Shown piece after piece: positions 47,956 to 58,158 of a stretch of DNA of 64,000 nt. Within the stretch, counting starts at the first letter, position 1, and every line of letters starts with the position of its first letter. Source of the stretch: Leptonemataceae bacterium (GTDB taxonomy: Bacteria; Spirochaetota; Leptospiria; Leptospirales; Leptonemataceae); the NCBI GenBank assembly GCA_965227295.1, contig OZ245742.1, positions 5,184,001-5,248,000 of the forward strand, read 5' to 3'. Below the pieces are notes generated by a model that saw nothing but the letters and a program-made list of their open reading frames with translations, had not been told where the DNA came from and searched no databases. The position numbers were made by a program, and so were the translations under genes.

Positions 47956-48816
47956 TTATTCCAACGTTATGTCCAATAACTCGCCTCGTTCTTCGAAAAC
48001 CGACGGCAACTCCGGCATGTCTTCGTCGGTCCAGAGCCAGCCGCCGAGGACGTTGACGATGGGGGCCGACGTGCCCGCGAGTGCGAACTTTACGCCGTTC
48101 ACAATGTCTGCCGGCTCCGTGGGCCGAAAGGGGCTGTCCGCGACGTGGCGATAGCTGTCCTCTTCGAATCGATAGTTTTTCTGATAAAAATAATCCAGAA
48201 ATGATTTTTGATCCGAGGCCTTCCACTCCTCGTACATGCGAACCATCTCCGGATACTTCCCGCGCATGGCGTTCCGCTGTACGAGGAGTGCGATGCCGCG
48301 CACGCTGTTGCTCGGGAACATGCCGAAGCGAACGGCCTTGAGTTTGTCTTTGCGCGCGATGGTCAGTCTTTCGGTGGCGATCTTAATAAACGACATGGCA
48401 CCGTAGACCACCAGCAACGGCTGCATGGTAATGAATCCGCTGAACCAGAGCGTGAGTTGCGGATCGAGTAAATCCATCATGCGCAGCATGGGCCGCACGC
48501 AGTAATCGGCCGCGGCCTCGACCTGTTCGCGGGTGGCGAGGCGCGCCGGCAGACCCACCTCGCCCCGGGCCGGAATGTAGATCAGCGCTTCGACCGCCGC
48601 GTCACCGGCAACGGCCTTCACGCCGTCGCGCAATTTCTCCGGTGCCGCCGCATCGTCGAGATCGATGCCCGGCACGGTATGATCCGCGCCTTTGGTCTCA
48701 CGCTCCCCCGACGTCGTACTGATGATGCGCGCCTTCGCTTCGATTTCCCGAATCGCTTGGATGGAACACTGCCCCGAGTAACTGCTGCCGCTGACGATCA
48801 CATAGGTCTTTGCCAT
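47956..48816 (-). CDS. Divergent SDR, possibly a FabI-type enoyl reductase
   Basis: N-terminal Rossmann-like VIVSGSSYSG; YGAMSFIK matches YxxMxxxK. Confidence 0.5.
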   Translation of the reverse strand: MAKTYVIVSGSSYSGQCSIQAIREIEAKARIISTTSGERETKGADHTVPGIDLDDAAAPEKLRDGVKAVAGDAAVEALIYIPARGEVGLPARLATREQVEAAADYCVRPMLRMMDLLDPQLTLWFSGFITMQPLLVVYGAMSFIKIATERLTIARKDKLKAVRFGMFPSNSVRGIALLVQRNAMRGKYPEMVRMYEEWKASDQKSFLDYFYQKNYRFEEDSYRHVADSPFRPTEPADIVNGVKFALAGTSAPIVNVLGGWLWTDEDMPELPSVFEERGELLDITLE

Positions 48817-48945
48817 GCGCCACGTTGTGTTCGTTGACTCAAATGTCAACGAAACTCGGACGCCCCCGAACCAATGAGTCGTAGATTTCACTCTGATTCG
48901 GGAAGGCTCAGATTGACACAACCGGAGCCCGAAGCAATTTACGAT

Positions 48946-49923
48946 ATGATCCGCCGCATCGTACTGACACTGCTCATCATCGTACTCATCCTCGGGATCC
49001 CCTACTACGCCTGCAACGGCGAACGGCGGCCCATGGACGCGGCGGCCCGGGTCGCGGCCCCGGGTAAATTCGCGACGTTGAGCGGCGGGCTAACGCATTA
49101 CCAGGACTCCGCGGATCACGATCAGGGACGGCCCGTGGGCGCGGCCGACACCGGCGAAACCGTGATCCTGGTCCACGGCTTCTCCATGCCCATGTTTATG
49201 TGGGAGGATCTCTACAAACAGTTAGTGAACGCAGGTTACCGGGTGGTCCGCTACGATCTCTACGGTCGCGGTTACTCGGATCGGCCGGACGTCGAGTACA
49301 ACCCGCAATTGTTTCAGACGCAACTGCACGACCTACGTCGACACCTGGGCCTCGGGCGCGTGCACCTGGCCGGCATATCCATGGGCGGGGCCATTGTAAC
49401 CCACTACGCGGCGCAGGACTTGAAACGCCCGGCGCAGGAACGCATCGTACAATCGCTCACGCTCATGGCGCCGTTCAGTTATCCGCTGGAACTCCCGCTC
49501 ACGGCCCGATTGCTTGAGGTCCCCTACGTCGGCCACTATGTCATGACGGTGCTCGGTGACCGCAGCCTCAAGGGACGTCTGGCCGCCAACGTCGCGCACC
49601 CGGAAGATCATCGCGATATCCTCGCGTTGTACCAAGATCAAATGCAGTTCTTCGGATTCAAACGCGCGCTGCGTTCCACGACTCTGCACATGATCGGTCA
49701 CGATGTGATTCCGTACTACGAGGCGGTGGGCCAGAGCGATTTGCCGGTGTTGTTGATCTGGGGCGAGGAGGACCAGGTGGTCCCGTTCGCCATGTCGGAA
49801 AAGTTGAGGCGTGTGCTGCCGAACGCGGAGTTTCAGGCGCTGGAGGACACGGGCCACCTGCCGCCGGTGGAACGGCCCCGGGCATGCGCGCGGTGGATGC
49901 GCGAGTTTCTGCGGGGGGAGTAG
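48946..49923 (+). CDS. Alpha/beta hydrolase with N-terminal anchor
   Basis: LVHGF, DLYGRG.S, GISMGG, WGEED, GH. Confidence 0.9.
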   Translation: MIRRIVLTLLIIVLILGIPYYACNGERRPMDAAARVAAPGKFATLSGGLTHYQDSADHDQGRPVGAADTGETVILVHGFSMPMFMWEDLYKQLVNAGYRVVRYDLYGRGYSDRPDVEYNPQLFQTQLHDLRRHLGLGRVHLAGISMGGAIVTHYAAQDLKRPAQERIVQSLTLMAPFSYPLELPLTARLLEVPYVGHYVMTVLGDRSLKGRLAANVAHPEDHRDILALYQDQMQFFGFKRALRSTTLHMIGHDVIPYYEAVGQSDLPVLLIWGEEDQVVPFAMSEKLRRVLPNAEFQALEDTGHLPPVERPRACARWMREFLRGE

Positions 49924-49928
49924 GTTTG

Positions 49929-50098
49929 ACTCCGAGGACCGAGGGGCCGAGGGGAAGATGGGAGGGTTATCGTAGTGTGCATGCGTGCAGGCTAAGAATG
50001 TTCTTTGAGAATGTTAGTCCACAGCATTCATAGCCGCACCGCCTTCACCCCCGCGGTCTGCCTCTCCGAAAAAACCTCGTTTCCTCGGTCCTCGGAGT
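49929..50098. repeat. REP/MITE-like paired inverted repeat copy
   Basis: ACTCCGAGGACCGAGG ... CCTCGGTCCTCGGAGT between convergent genes. Confidence 0.85.
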
Positions 50099-50108
50099 CA
50101 AAAAAATC

Positions 50109-51128
50109 TCACAACCCGCCGTCCCACAGATACATCGGTAAACCCGACATCTGCGCGAGCGTCATGAGCTTTTGTTCGATGGAAATGGGCCGCGCGATGC
50201 CGGCGTTGTAGAGGTTCGGTTCCGGCGGAATCGCGGGGCCCGGCAGGTACGCGACGACACGGACAGCGGACCAACCGCGCTGGTTGCGAATGTATTCGAG
50301 ATACTCTTCAATGTAACCGGTGCTGTCAATGAGCTTCGCGGCCTCGGCCTGGCCGGCGTCGAGCACACGACCGTCGGCGATGGCCCGCAGTTCGAGAGTG
50401 GAGATGCGATCCCCGCGGCCGGTTTCAATCACTTTGAGAAAGCGCTGATAGGCGCTGTCGATTTGTTTCTCGAAGAGCGCGCGTTCCTCCGGGCTCAGCT
50501 CCGTGAACATCGACAACGCATCTTTGAACTTACCGGACTTGATGCCGCGATACTCGACACCGATCTTTTCCATTAAACCGGTCAGGCCGAACGTGCGAAT
50601 GATGACACCGATGCTGCCCACGATGGCCTGGGGCCGCGCGTTCACGCGCTCCGCCGCCATGGCGACGTAGTAGCCGCCGGACGCGCCGACGTCGGCGATG
50701 TGCGCGTAGACCGGCGTGTTGGTCCGCTTGCCGTAGTCATCGAGCATGGTGTAGATGAGATCCGAAGACGACACGCCGCCGCCGGGGCTGTCGATGCGCA
50801 GCAGGATGGCGCGCGTATTGGAATTCTCTTCGGCGCGTTCCAGTACGCGCTGCACGTAGTCCGGCGTCGTAACCTCGCCCGGCAAGAATCCGCCGCGACC
50901 GATGACGCCGCTGATGGGAATCATGACGATGGTCGGATCGCTGCTTGCGGACGTGCCGAGGCAGCTCTCCCCGGCGCCCTCGTCCCCGTAGAGCAGGACC
51001 TCTTCCAATTCGCCGTCCTCCGAACCGAAGGGCGACAGGCTGACGTTGACGCGGTTGAAGCAGCCGGGCAGCGCGAGCGCGGCGAACAACGCGAGGGTAA
51101 GTGTGATGCGATGATTCCAGATGGGCAT
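50109..51128 (-). CDS. sppA: Signal peptide peptidase SppA (S49), lipoprotein
   Basis: Lipobox LPGC; LRIDSPGG, ASGGYY.A, GSIGV, KSGKFKD, ADGRV. Confidence 0.92.
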   Translation of the reverse strand: MPIWNHRITLTLALFAALALPGCFNRVNVSLSPFGSEDGELEEVLLYGDEGAGESCLGTSASSDPTIVMIPISGVIGRGGFLPGEVTTPDYVQRVLERAEENSNTRAILLRIDSPGGGVSSSDLIYTMLDDYGKRTNTPVYAHIADVGASGGYYVAMAAERVNARPQAIVGSIGVIIRTFGLTGLMEKIGVEYRGIKSGKFKDALSMFTELSPEERALFEKQIDSAYQRFLKVIETGRGDRISTLELRAIADGRVLDAGQAEAAKLIDSTGYIEEYLEYIRNQRGWSAVRVVAYLPGPAIPPEPNLYNAGIARPISIEQKLMTLAQMSGLPMYLWDGGL

Positions 51129-51193
51129 GCGTTCTGGAAATCGCCTGGGGCTTGCAGGTCAACGCAAAAAAGGACGGGCCTGCCGTGTGCACG

Positions 51194-51248
51194 ACAGGAT
51201 GAGCAGGATGTTTGTGATCCTGCACAACCTGTAGGCCGCGAAGCGGCC
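51194..51248. other. Two adjacent hairpins (terminator or REP-like)
   Basis: ACAGG..GCAGGAT/ATCCTGC..CCTGT and GGCCGC-GAA-GCGGCC. Confidence 0.45.
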
Positions 51249-51271
51249 GCAGTCCGTCTACTTCAGATGCC

Positions 51272-51511
51272 TTATTGAGCGGCGGGAGATTCGAGGGTTT
51301 CTTCGATTTTGTCCGTGTCGGCGGGAGAATCTTCGTGATTCAACACGGGAATGAGATCGGAAAGATCCGCGATGTCGTCCATTACGTCGGTCTCGACATG
51401 CTCTTTCTCCTCTTTGCGCTCCGCGCGGCGAGCCAGCTTTTCCTGGCGCTTGGCCTTTTTATTCTTCTCGCGGTTGCGTTTTTCGATGGTCTGACGTCCT
51501 GGTCTGGCCAT
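51272..51511 (-). CDS. Small protein with basic N-terminus and acidic C-terminus
   Basis: Strong GGGAGG RBS; K/R/E-rich helix RQTIEKRNREKNKKAKRQEK. Confidence 0.72.
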   Translation of the reverse strand: MARPGRQTIEKRNREKNKKAKRQEKLARRAERKEEKEHVETDVMDDIADLSDLIPVLNHEDSPADTDKIEETLESPAAQ

Positions 51512-51908
51512 AATCTTTCCTCCCGTGTTTTATTTGCTTAGTTGTTTCAAATTATGACATAGGCATAAATCCGTGCTCGTTCAGAGAGTACGTGCCGAAA
51601 CTCGGCCGCGACTGGCTCCTGCGCCGTGAGCGAACGCTGTTGTGCGATGCGTCGAAGAACCGTGATGAGAACGCGCGGGGCGTTTTAGTATGATCCGGTG
51701 AAGAACTTCGGCGGAAGGCGATGCTGTCAAAGTACGCAGCCCTCCTGAGATTGCAAGGATTTTGCCAGCAGGACATAATCTAACGGAAAAATTTACCCTT
51801 TTTGGTGCTTTTCCGGGTCCCTTTAGCACTTGATCCTGTGCCTCTATAGTTGCACTATGCGACATAATTCAAGGAAATACGGTCGCTATTCGGGACGGGG
51901 CCATATCC

Positions 51909-52435
51909 ATGAAATCATCGCGAAGAAAAGAAATCGGGGACCTGGCTGAGACCATATGCCAGGTTCTGGAGCCTGGAACACCGGTGGACGTATATAAGGC
52001 CGTCACCCGACTGGGGGCTCTCTTGCCGAGGCAGAATTGCCGCACGAAGCCGACGGTAAAATCGAAAAACAAGGAGATTCGTTTCAAATAACATTATCGC
52101 CGCGTCAGAGTTCCCTGCGCAAACGCTTCTCCTTAGCGCATGAACTGGGCCATCTTTTTCTGCATATGGGTTACATAATCAAGCCGAGTATCTGGAAAGA
52201 GTCAGACGCGTACGTTGATTCAGTATACTATCGTTACGGATACTCTGAAGAAGAGCACGAGGCCAATGAGTTTGCCGGTGCCTTCTTGATGCCGAAAGAA
52301 GAGTTCCGGCAGACTATCGAAGACCTGGGTCGCGATGGACTTGTGGATCTGGTAGCGCTGGCACAGCGTTTCGATGTTTCTAAAGATGCGGCACTAACCA
52401 GGGGACGATGGCTCGGACTCCTCTCATGGGATTAG
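51909..52435 (+). pseudogene. ImmA/IrrE-family (HExxH) metallopeptidase, frameshifted
   Basis: PVDV in frame 1; RKRFSLAHELGH and EHEANEFAGAFLMP in frame 2; one extra G in the G5 run at 52013-52017 joins them. Confidence 0.85.
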
Positions 52436-52656
52436 CCCCTGATGAAAACCGCAAACGATTATAAAAGGGATATTGAAGCGCAGGTTCGTCCGGAAGACGA
52501 ACTTCGCAATCAAGTATCCCAACCGGAATATACAAGCGGCCACCCACAAAACGCCGCCTCGCAAATCTCTGGGAATTCGGCTGTGCGCAATTAGCAGGCT
52601 GCTGAAAAAGTCGAAATCTCCTGGCGATTTCGCGGTGCCTGTTCAGATTTTGTCGC

Positions 52657-53516
52657 ATGCGCGGCGAAGAGGAAAAGCAACCGAGTATCTGGAGTCACGT
52701 TTCGATGGAGGACCGGATTCCGGCAAACCATCCGTTGCGTGACATTCGCAAGCTGACGGATGCGGTCCTCGCGAAACTGAGCGATCGATTCGATGAAATG
52801 TATCCGGCCTTCGGTCGCCCATCGATTCCGCCAGAGTATCTATTACGCGCTGTGTTGCTGCAAGTACTGTTCAGCGTCCGCAGCGAACGTCAGTTGATGG
52901 AGCAAACGAACTACAATCTGCTGTATCGTAGGTTCATCGGATTGAGCGCCGACGATCCGGTCCGGGATGCGAGCGTCTTTTCAAAGAATCGTGATCGCCT
53001 GATGGAAGGCGGTATCGCCGACGAATTCTTTCGCGGCTTGCTGGAAGTGGCGGATGATCGCGGGCTGATGAGCGACGAACATTTCACAGTGGATGCCACT
53101 TTGCTGGCGGCTGCGGCGAGCTGTGCGCGACCGGAACGGCGGAACGCGATGCGGCAGCCATCTTCATGAAGGAACTACGCCGAAGCAATCATCGGCCCCG
53201 CGTCACTCTGGGCGCCGACAAAGGCTACGATGCTAAAACATTCGTAGAAGAACTTAAAGCGATCCGAATCGTGCCGCATATCGCACAGAAGAGCCGGTCC
53301 AGTGCCGTCGATTATCGAACCGCCCGCAGCCCCGCCTATGCCGTAAGTCAATGTCGACGCAAAGCCGTCGAAGAAATTTTTGGCTGGCTGAAGTCGGTCG
53401 GCCTGTGCAGGAAGATGCGCTTCCGCGGCCCGGATCCCGTTGGGTGGATCTTCCGCTTCGCTGTTGCCGTCTACAACTTGCTGCGAATCAGAAACCTGGA
53501 AGAGGGTACCGCATGA
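52657..53516 (+). pseudogene. tnp: IS5-family DDE transposase with internal deletion near 53120
   Basis: GRPSIPPE.LLRA, SERQLME, FSKNRDRL, HFTVDAT, then a jump in another frame to ATGTAERDAA, LGADKGYD, RKAVEEIFGWLK. Confidence 0.9.
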
Positions 53517-53543
53517 TCGCAAATGCTAACTTGCGAAATACAA

Positions 53544-53716
53544 GCGTTAGGGATGCGCAGGGGGCCGCGCAGCGGCAGTCCGGAGCGCGAAGCGCGGAGG
53601 ACCGAAGCGAACGCGGAGCCCGGAGCAGCCCGGCGCCCGGCCGGCTTCAGAGGGGAAGGAGCGAACAGCGGCCCCGTCCAGCGGGGCCTTGTTGGCGCCG
53701 GCCGGGCGCAACGCCC
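53544..53716 (+). ncRNA. Flavo-1-like structured repeat element, copy B (inside the IS5 right end)
   Basis: GCGTTAGGGAT...GTCCGGAGCGCGAAGCGCGGAGGAC...AGCCCGG...ACGCCC; colinear with the reverse complement of 41362-41483. Confidence 0.6.
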
Positions 53717-54212
53717 AAATGAATTTCACAGATTCCGCTTTCGAATGACTTTTTCAGCAGCCTGTTAGTCCAGAACAAGGGCTTCGAAGAGTCTTTGATC
53801 CGGGGTTACCGAGAAGACTTCGCCGTAGAACTCGAGGTGGAACCGCTCACACCGATCAACGCATATCGCATAGAGGCCCAACACGGACGCATCATCCCAG
53901 GTATTATATTTATCGCAAGAGCTTCGGACTCGGAATGGGTCCCGGATGCAAAGAAAACGATGAAGCAGGCGTTCATGAAATGGCGGGTCTGGAAAGAGGC
54001 CGAATCAAGTTAATCCGGAGAGACTGCGAAGTTATTTTTCGAGATGATCCTTACTTTCCTTCATAGTTTTAAGCATACTCCAGTATCTTCACGATATCGA
54101 CGCGTCCTGGGTGAATTAGGGCGGCGGCGTAGTACAAAACGTACTATTGTAAACTCCGGAGCCGCCTCTGGAGTACAGCAACGAAATCAAGAATCTCTCG
54201 ATCACCTCGCAC

Positions 54213-55877
54213 GTGGGTTACGAGGACGCCACCCGGGAGTGGAACCGCAATCCGGCGCTGACCTCACGGCTGTTCCTGCATACGAAGAGCTACGACTTCT
54301 TCCAGAGCGAGGACACGCTGTTCCTGTTCGGCCGCCGCGGCACCGGCAAGACCTCGATCATCCGCATGCTGGACTACGAGATCCGGCACGACCGCATCGA
54401 GTACTACCGGCTGTCGTCGGTACTCAAGCAGGAGAACGCGTACTATAACATCGCCATCCACCTGCGCCCGCGTTTTTCGGAGGAGACGTTTACGTTCGAA
54501 GAGCTGGTCCACGTCATCAAAGAGAAGTGGACCTGGGTCATCTACACCGCCGCGATGATCGCCGCGGCCGGCAAGTTCGAAAAAGAGCTGAAGAGCGACC
54601 CGGCGCTGAAGAAGATCCGTGTGTACCTCGAAAGCCAGGACCTGTTCTTCGCCGGCGAGCGCCATCGCGAGAACATCGAGGCGCCGCTGTGGAAACGTTT
54701 GTCCCGCGTGTTTTCGCAGAAGTTCGCCGAGATCGACGACGTGCGCGTGCAACTCAGTACCGCCGTGGCCGGCGTGGCGCTGGAACTCATGAACGCGCAG
54801 TACGACGCCGCCGCCGAGGCCCTGCGCAGCTTCTTACAACGCAAGAAGATCGGCTGCATGATTCTCATCGACAGCATCGAGGTCTACGACGTCTTCGATC
54901 GCGTGCAGCGCGCGGTGATGACGGCACTCATCGACGCGGTCAAAGAGTTCGACGACGGTTTCTACGGCGCCGGCGTAAAAGTCAAAGCCGCGTTTCCGTC
55001 GGAGGTGCGGCCGTTCTTCGAAAGCAGCAACGCCGAAAAAACGGACAGCCGCGGTTACACGATCGTCTGGAACTATAAAGACATTGCCGCGTTCCTTGCA
55101 AAACGCCACTACGAACACTTCGGCCGCCCGCGAAAGGCCGGCCGCTCCGCAAAAAGAACGACACCGAAGATCAACGACCTCGCGGACTTCGACGATTTTC
55201 AAACGGCCCGCGACTATCTCTACACGTATTTTCCGGAACGCATCGTGACTCGCCAGGGCATCGAGTTCGACACGCTCGCCTACATGATCCGGCACACGCA
55301 GAAGAAACCGCGCCAGGTGATCATGCTCGCAAACATCATCTTAACGTATGCCGGGCACAAGGGTGTCGACAGCAAGGCCGCCCTGCCGCCGGAGATCATC
55401 ACCGGCGGCGTGCACGCACGCCTGGATCTTTTGATCAACGGGACCATCGACATCTACAACAAGATCTACAAGGACTTCGCTTACATGGCCGGACGTGTAC
55501 TCAACGGCATGCCCGCGTGTTTCGGTTATTCGGACATCATGAAGAAGATGAAAGAGATCAACCCTTTGCTGCAGCAAGGCGAGCCGGGCGCACTGGACAA
55601 GGACGGTTTCCTCAAACTTCTAATCAACGCCGGTTTGGTCGGGAAAGAGATCGACCGCCGTCGGTTGGACTCCCACGGCGACGTCGTGTTGATCGAGGTG
55701 CACTTCGAGTATCAGATCAAAGACCAGGTCCAGTTCCACAACGATACACGCTTCGCGTTGCATCCCATGTTGTATCACGAGCTGGACTGCCGGGTCGGCG
55801 AACGCGAGTTCGCGTATCCGGTGCCCGTGGAGGCGGAAGAACTGAGCGTGATTGAACGCTTGAAACGGCGGGATTGA
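54213..55877 (+). CDS. P-loop ATPase (Sll1717/FunZ-like, STAND-related) with winged-helix-like C-terminus
   Basis: Walker A GRRGTGKT, Walker B MILIDSIE, HT..KPRQ.I, L.NAGLVG; start could be CTG at 54168. Confidence 0.75.
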   Translation: MGYEDATREWNRNPALTSRLFLHTKSYDFFQSEDTLFLFGRRGTGKTSIIRMLDYEIRHDRIEYYRLSSVLKQENAYYNIAIHLRPRFSEETFTFEELVHVIKEKWTWVIYTAAMIAAAGKFEKELKSDPALKKIRVYLESQDLFFAGERHRENIEAPLWKRLSRVFSQKFAEIDDVRVQLSTAVAGVALELMNAQYDAAAEALRSFLQRKKIGCMILIDSIEVYDVFDRVQRAVMTALIDAVKEFDDGFYGAGVKVKAAFPSEVRPFFESSNAEKTDSRGYTIVWNYKDIAAFLAKRHYEHFGRPRKAGRSAKRTTPKINDLADFDDFQTARDYLYTYFPERIVTRQGIEFDTLAYMIRHTQKKPRQVIMLANIILTYAGHKGVDSKAALPPEIITGGVHARLDLLINGTIDIYNKIYKDFAYMAGRVLNGMPACFGYSDIMKKMKEINPLLQQGEPGALDKDGFLKLLINAGLVGKEIDRRRLDSHGDVVLIEVHFEYQIKDQVQFHNDTRFALHPMLYHELDCRVGEREFAYPVPVEAEELSVIERLKRRD

Positions 55878-55950
55878 TTCCGGTTGCCCCGCGATGATTC
55901 TCCGGTAATTCCTTTACACAAAACCCCGCACGATCGATCACTCGTGCATC

Positions 55951-58100
55951 ATGTTCGCGCGCGCCGTCATCGTGTTCGCCCTGTTGTTTTTTGCAGCGGA
56001 CTCCCTCACCGCCACGCCGGATGATCGATTACATCGATCTCTACATCGAAAGAGCCGACGGCGGCTTTCAGCATATCGCCACGGGCGATCGGCGGCCGGT
56101 CGCCACGCGGCACGTGTATCATCCGCAATTCTTGTTCGCGCTGGAGTTCGAAGAGCAAAGCAGCCGTACGATCTACATTCGCGTGGGATCGTACGACGGG
56201 ATGATCGAACCCTTCGACCTGATAACAGCCCTGGTGGGCCAATCATCTGCACCCGGTCATCATCGGTGCGAACCTCATGAGCGTGGTGATTCTCGCGCGG
56301 GGTTACTTGCGCACGCGCCGGAATTTTCCGCGCGCGGACAAGGCCCTGTTGCTCCTGCTCGTTCCCTGTGCTGCGGCAATGCTGATCGGCATGACCGATT
56401 CCTTCGCGCTCGCAATGCTGCCGCTGTTGGTGCTCACGCCGCCTGTCTACGTCGCCACGGCGGTACTCGCGGTCATCGCGTTGCGCCGCGGCGACCGGGC
56501 GGCCGGTTATCTCCTGCTGGCATTTTCCGGAATTTTCTTAGCTTCGATTCTTATACCATTAGGAGCCCTGAACATACTGCCCCAGGCCGCCGGCCTGGAC
56601 TACAGCGGCCTCCTCGGCAGCGTACTGGCCCTGGTTCTGCTTGCCGTGGGTCTCGGCGATCGCGTGCGGCGCATGCAGGAAGAACGGCAGAGCGCCATGC
56701 GCAACGCGGCCGAGGTGGAGAAACGCATCCTGGCGCAGTCCAACGAAAAACTCAAACGCCTGGATCGTTTGAAGGATGATTTTCTCGCGAACACCTCGCA
56801 CGAATTGCGCACGCCGCTGAACGGCATCATCGGCATTACCGATTCGTTGCTCGGGGGCGTGGCCGGGCCGCTGCCCGGCGGGGCCGTCGAAAACCTGGAG
56901 TTGGTCTCCGCGAGCGGGCGACGCCTGGCCGGACTCGTGAACGACATCCTGGATTTCGCAAAGTTGCGCCACGGCGATCTGCATCTGGAACGGCGCCCCA
57001 TCGATCCGCGGCCCATCATTGAAATCGTCTTAAAACTCAGCAAACCCCTTGCCGCGGGCAAGAACCTGGAACTCCAGGACGACCTGGCATCGACTGTGCC
57101 GATGATCGACGCGGACGCTTCGGCATCCCGCCGGAGAAACAGGAGGGCATCTTCGAATCATTCACCCAGGCGGACGGCAGCATCTCACGGCAGTACGGCG
57201 GAACGGGCCTGGGCCTGAGCATTACCCGGCGCCTGGTGGAACTGCACGGCGGCGACATCCGCGTGGAATCGCGGTCCGGTGAGGGCGCACACTTCGTCTT
57301 TACCATGCCCGCGGCGGACACTCGCAGCATTACCGTAACGGACGCCGACGTGCGCCGGCTCGCCCCTGTCCCGACCGGTCCCCGCACCGAAGAGCCGCCC
57401 GCGGGCAAGCCGGACACCGCAATAAACGTCAGGTCACAACATTCTAGCGCGTCGGCATTAGTAGCAGGGCCGGCACTGATCCGCTCGCTGATCGTGGATG
57501 ACGACCCCATCAACCTGCGCGTGCTGCGCAATCACCTGGACCTCCAGGGTCACAACGTCACCGAAGCCGCAAACGGTCGCGAGGCCCTGGGGTTGCTGGA
57601 CGCGGGACACTCCTTTGATTTGATCCTCCTCGATGTGATGATGCCCGGCCTGTCCGGCCAACCGCACGAGCGATTTTCTCGCCGGCCTGGAAAGCGGCGC
57701 GAACGATTACTTAACGAAACCCTTCGATCCCGAAGAACTCACCGCGCGCGTACGCACCATGATTCGTCTGCGCGAAGCCGCGCGCTCCCAGAGTGAACTG
57801 GCGGCGCTGAACGCCGGCCTGGATCCCGGGGACCGCATCATTCTCTACACGGACGGCATCCTCGAAGCGAAGCCGCCGGAGCGGCCGGAGCGGCCGGACG
57901 CTAACATAACTTCGCAGAAAGCTAAAGCAACGGATGCCATGCAGTTCGGCGAACAACGCTTCGCGGATTTTATCGCGGAACACGATTCGCTCAGCGCCAA
58001 CGATTTCGCCGACGCGCTGGTGGAACGCATCGTGGATTGGTCCGGGGGCGAGCACTTTATCGAGGACGACATTGCGCTGGTGATTGTGGACGTGTTGTGA
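55951..58100 (+). pseudogene. 7TM-DISM hybrid histidine kinase-receiver-SpoIIE gene with multiple internal deletions
   Basis: Ordered fragments across frames: signal peptide, DISMED2 (IDYIDLY, TGDRRP, IYIRV), TMs, FLANTSHELRTPLNGI, GGTGLGL, VDDDP/LLDVMMP, GANDYLTKPF, GDRIILYTDG..DDIALV. Confidence 0.85.
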
Positions 58101-58158
58101 GCAGAATTTGTACCGGGGCGTCGGAGCGATTTCTCCTTGCCTTTTCCGGTCGATCCGT

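Larger units (their letters stand above)
52595..53764 (+). mobile_element. IS5-family insertion sequence (1170 bp, internally deleted)
   Basis: Perfect 18-bp TIRs CAGGCTGCTGAAAAAGTC/GACTTTTTCAGCAGCCTG; TTAG target duplication at 52591-52594 and 53765-53768. Confidence 0.95.

Noticed and set aside
53100..53170. Programmed ribosomal frameshift joining two IS5 ORFs
   Set aside because: No slippery run at the junction, and a conserved block of the transposase is missing, which indicates a deletion
54130..54146. Cyanobacterial-type LexA box
   Set aside because: The half-site spacing is 5 nt rather than 4 and the host is probably a spirochaete; kept only as an unassigned palindrome
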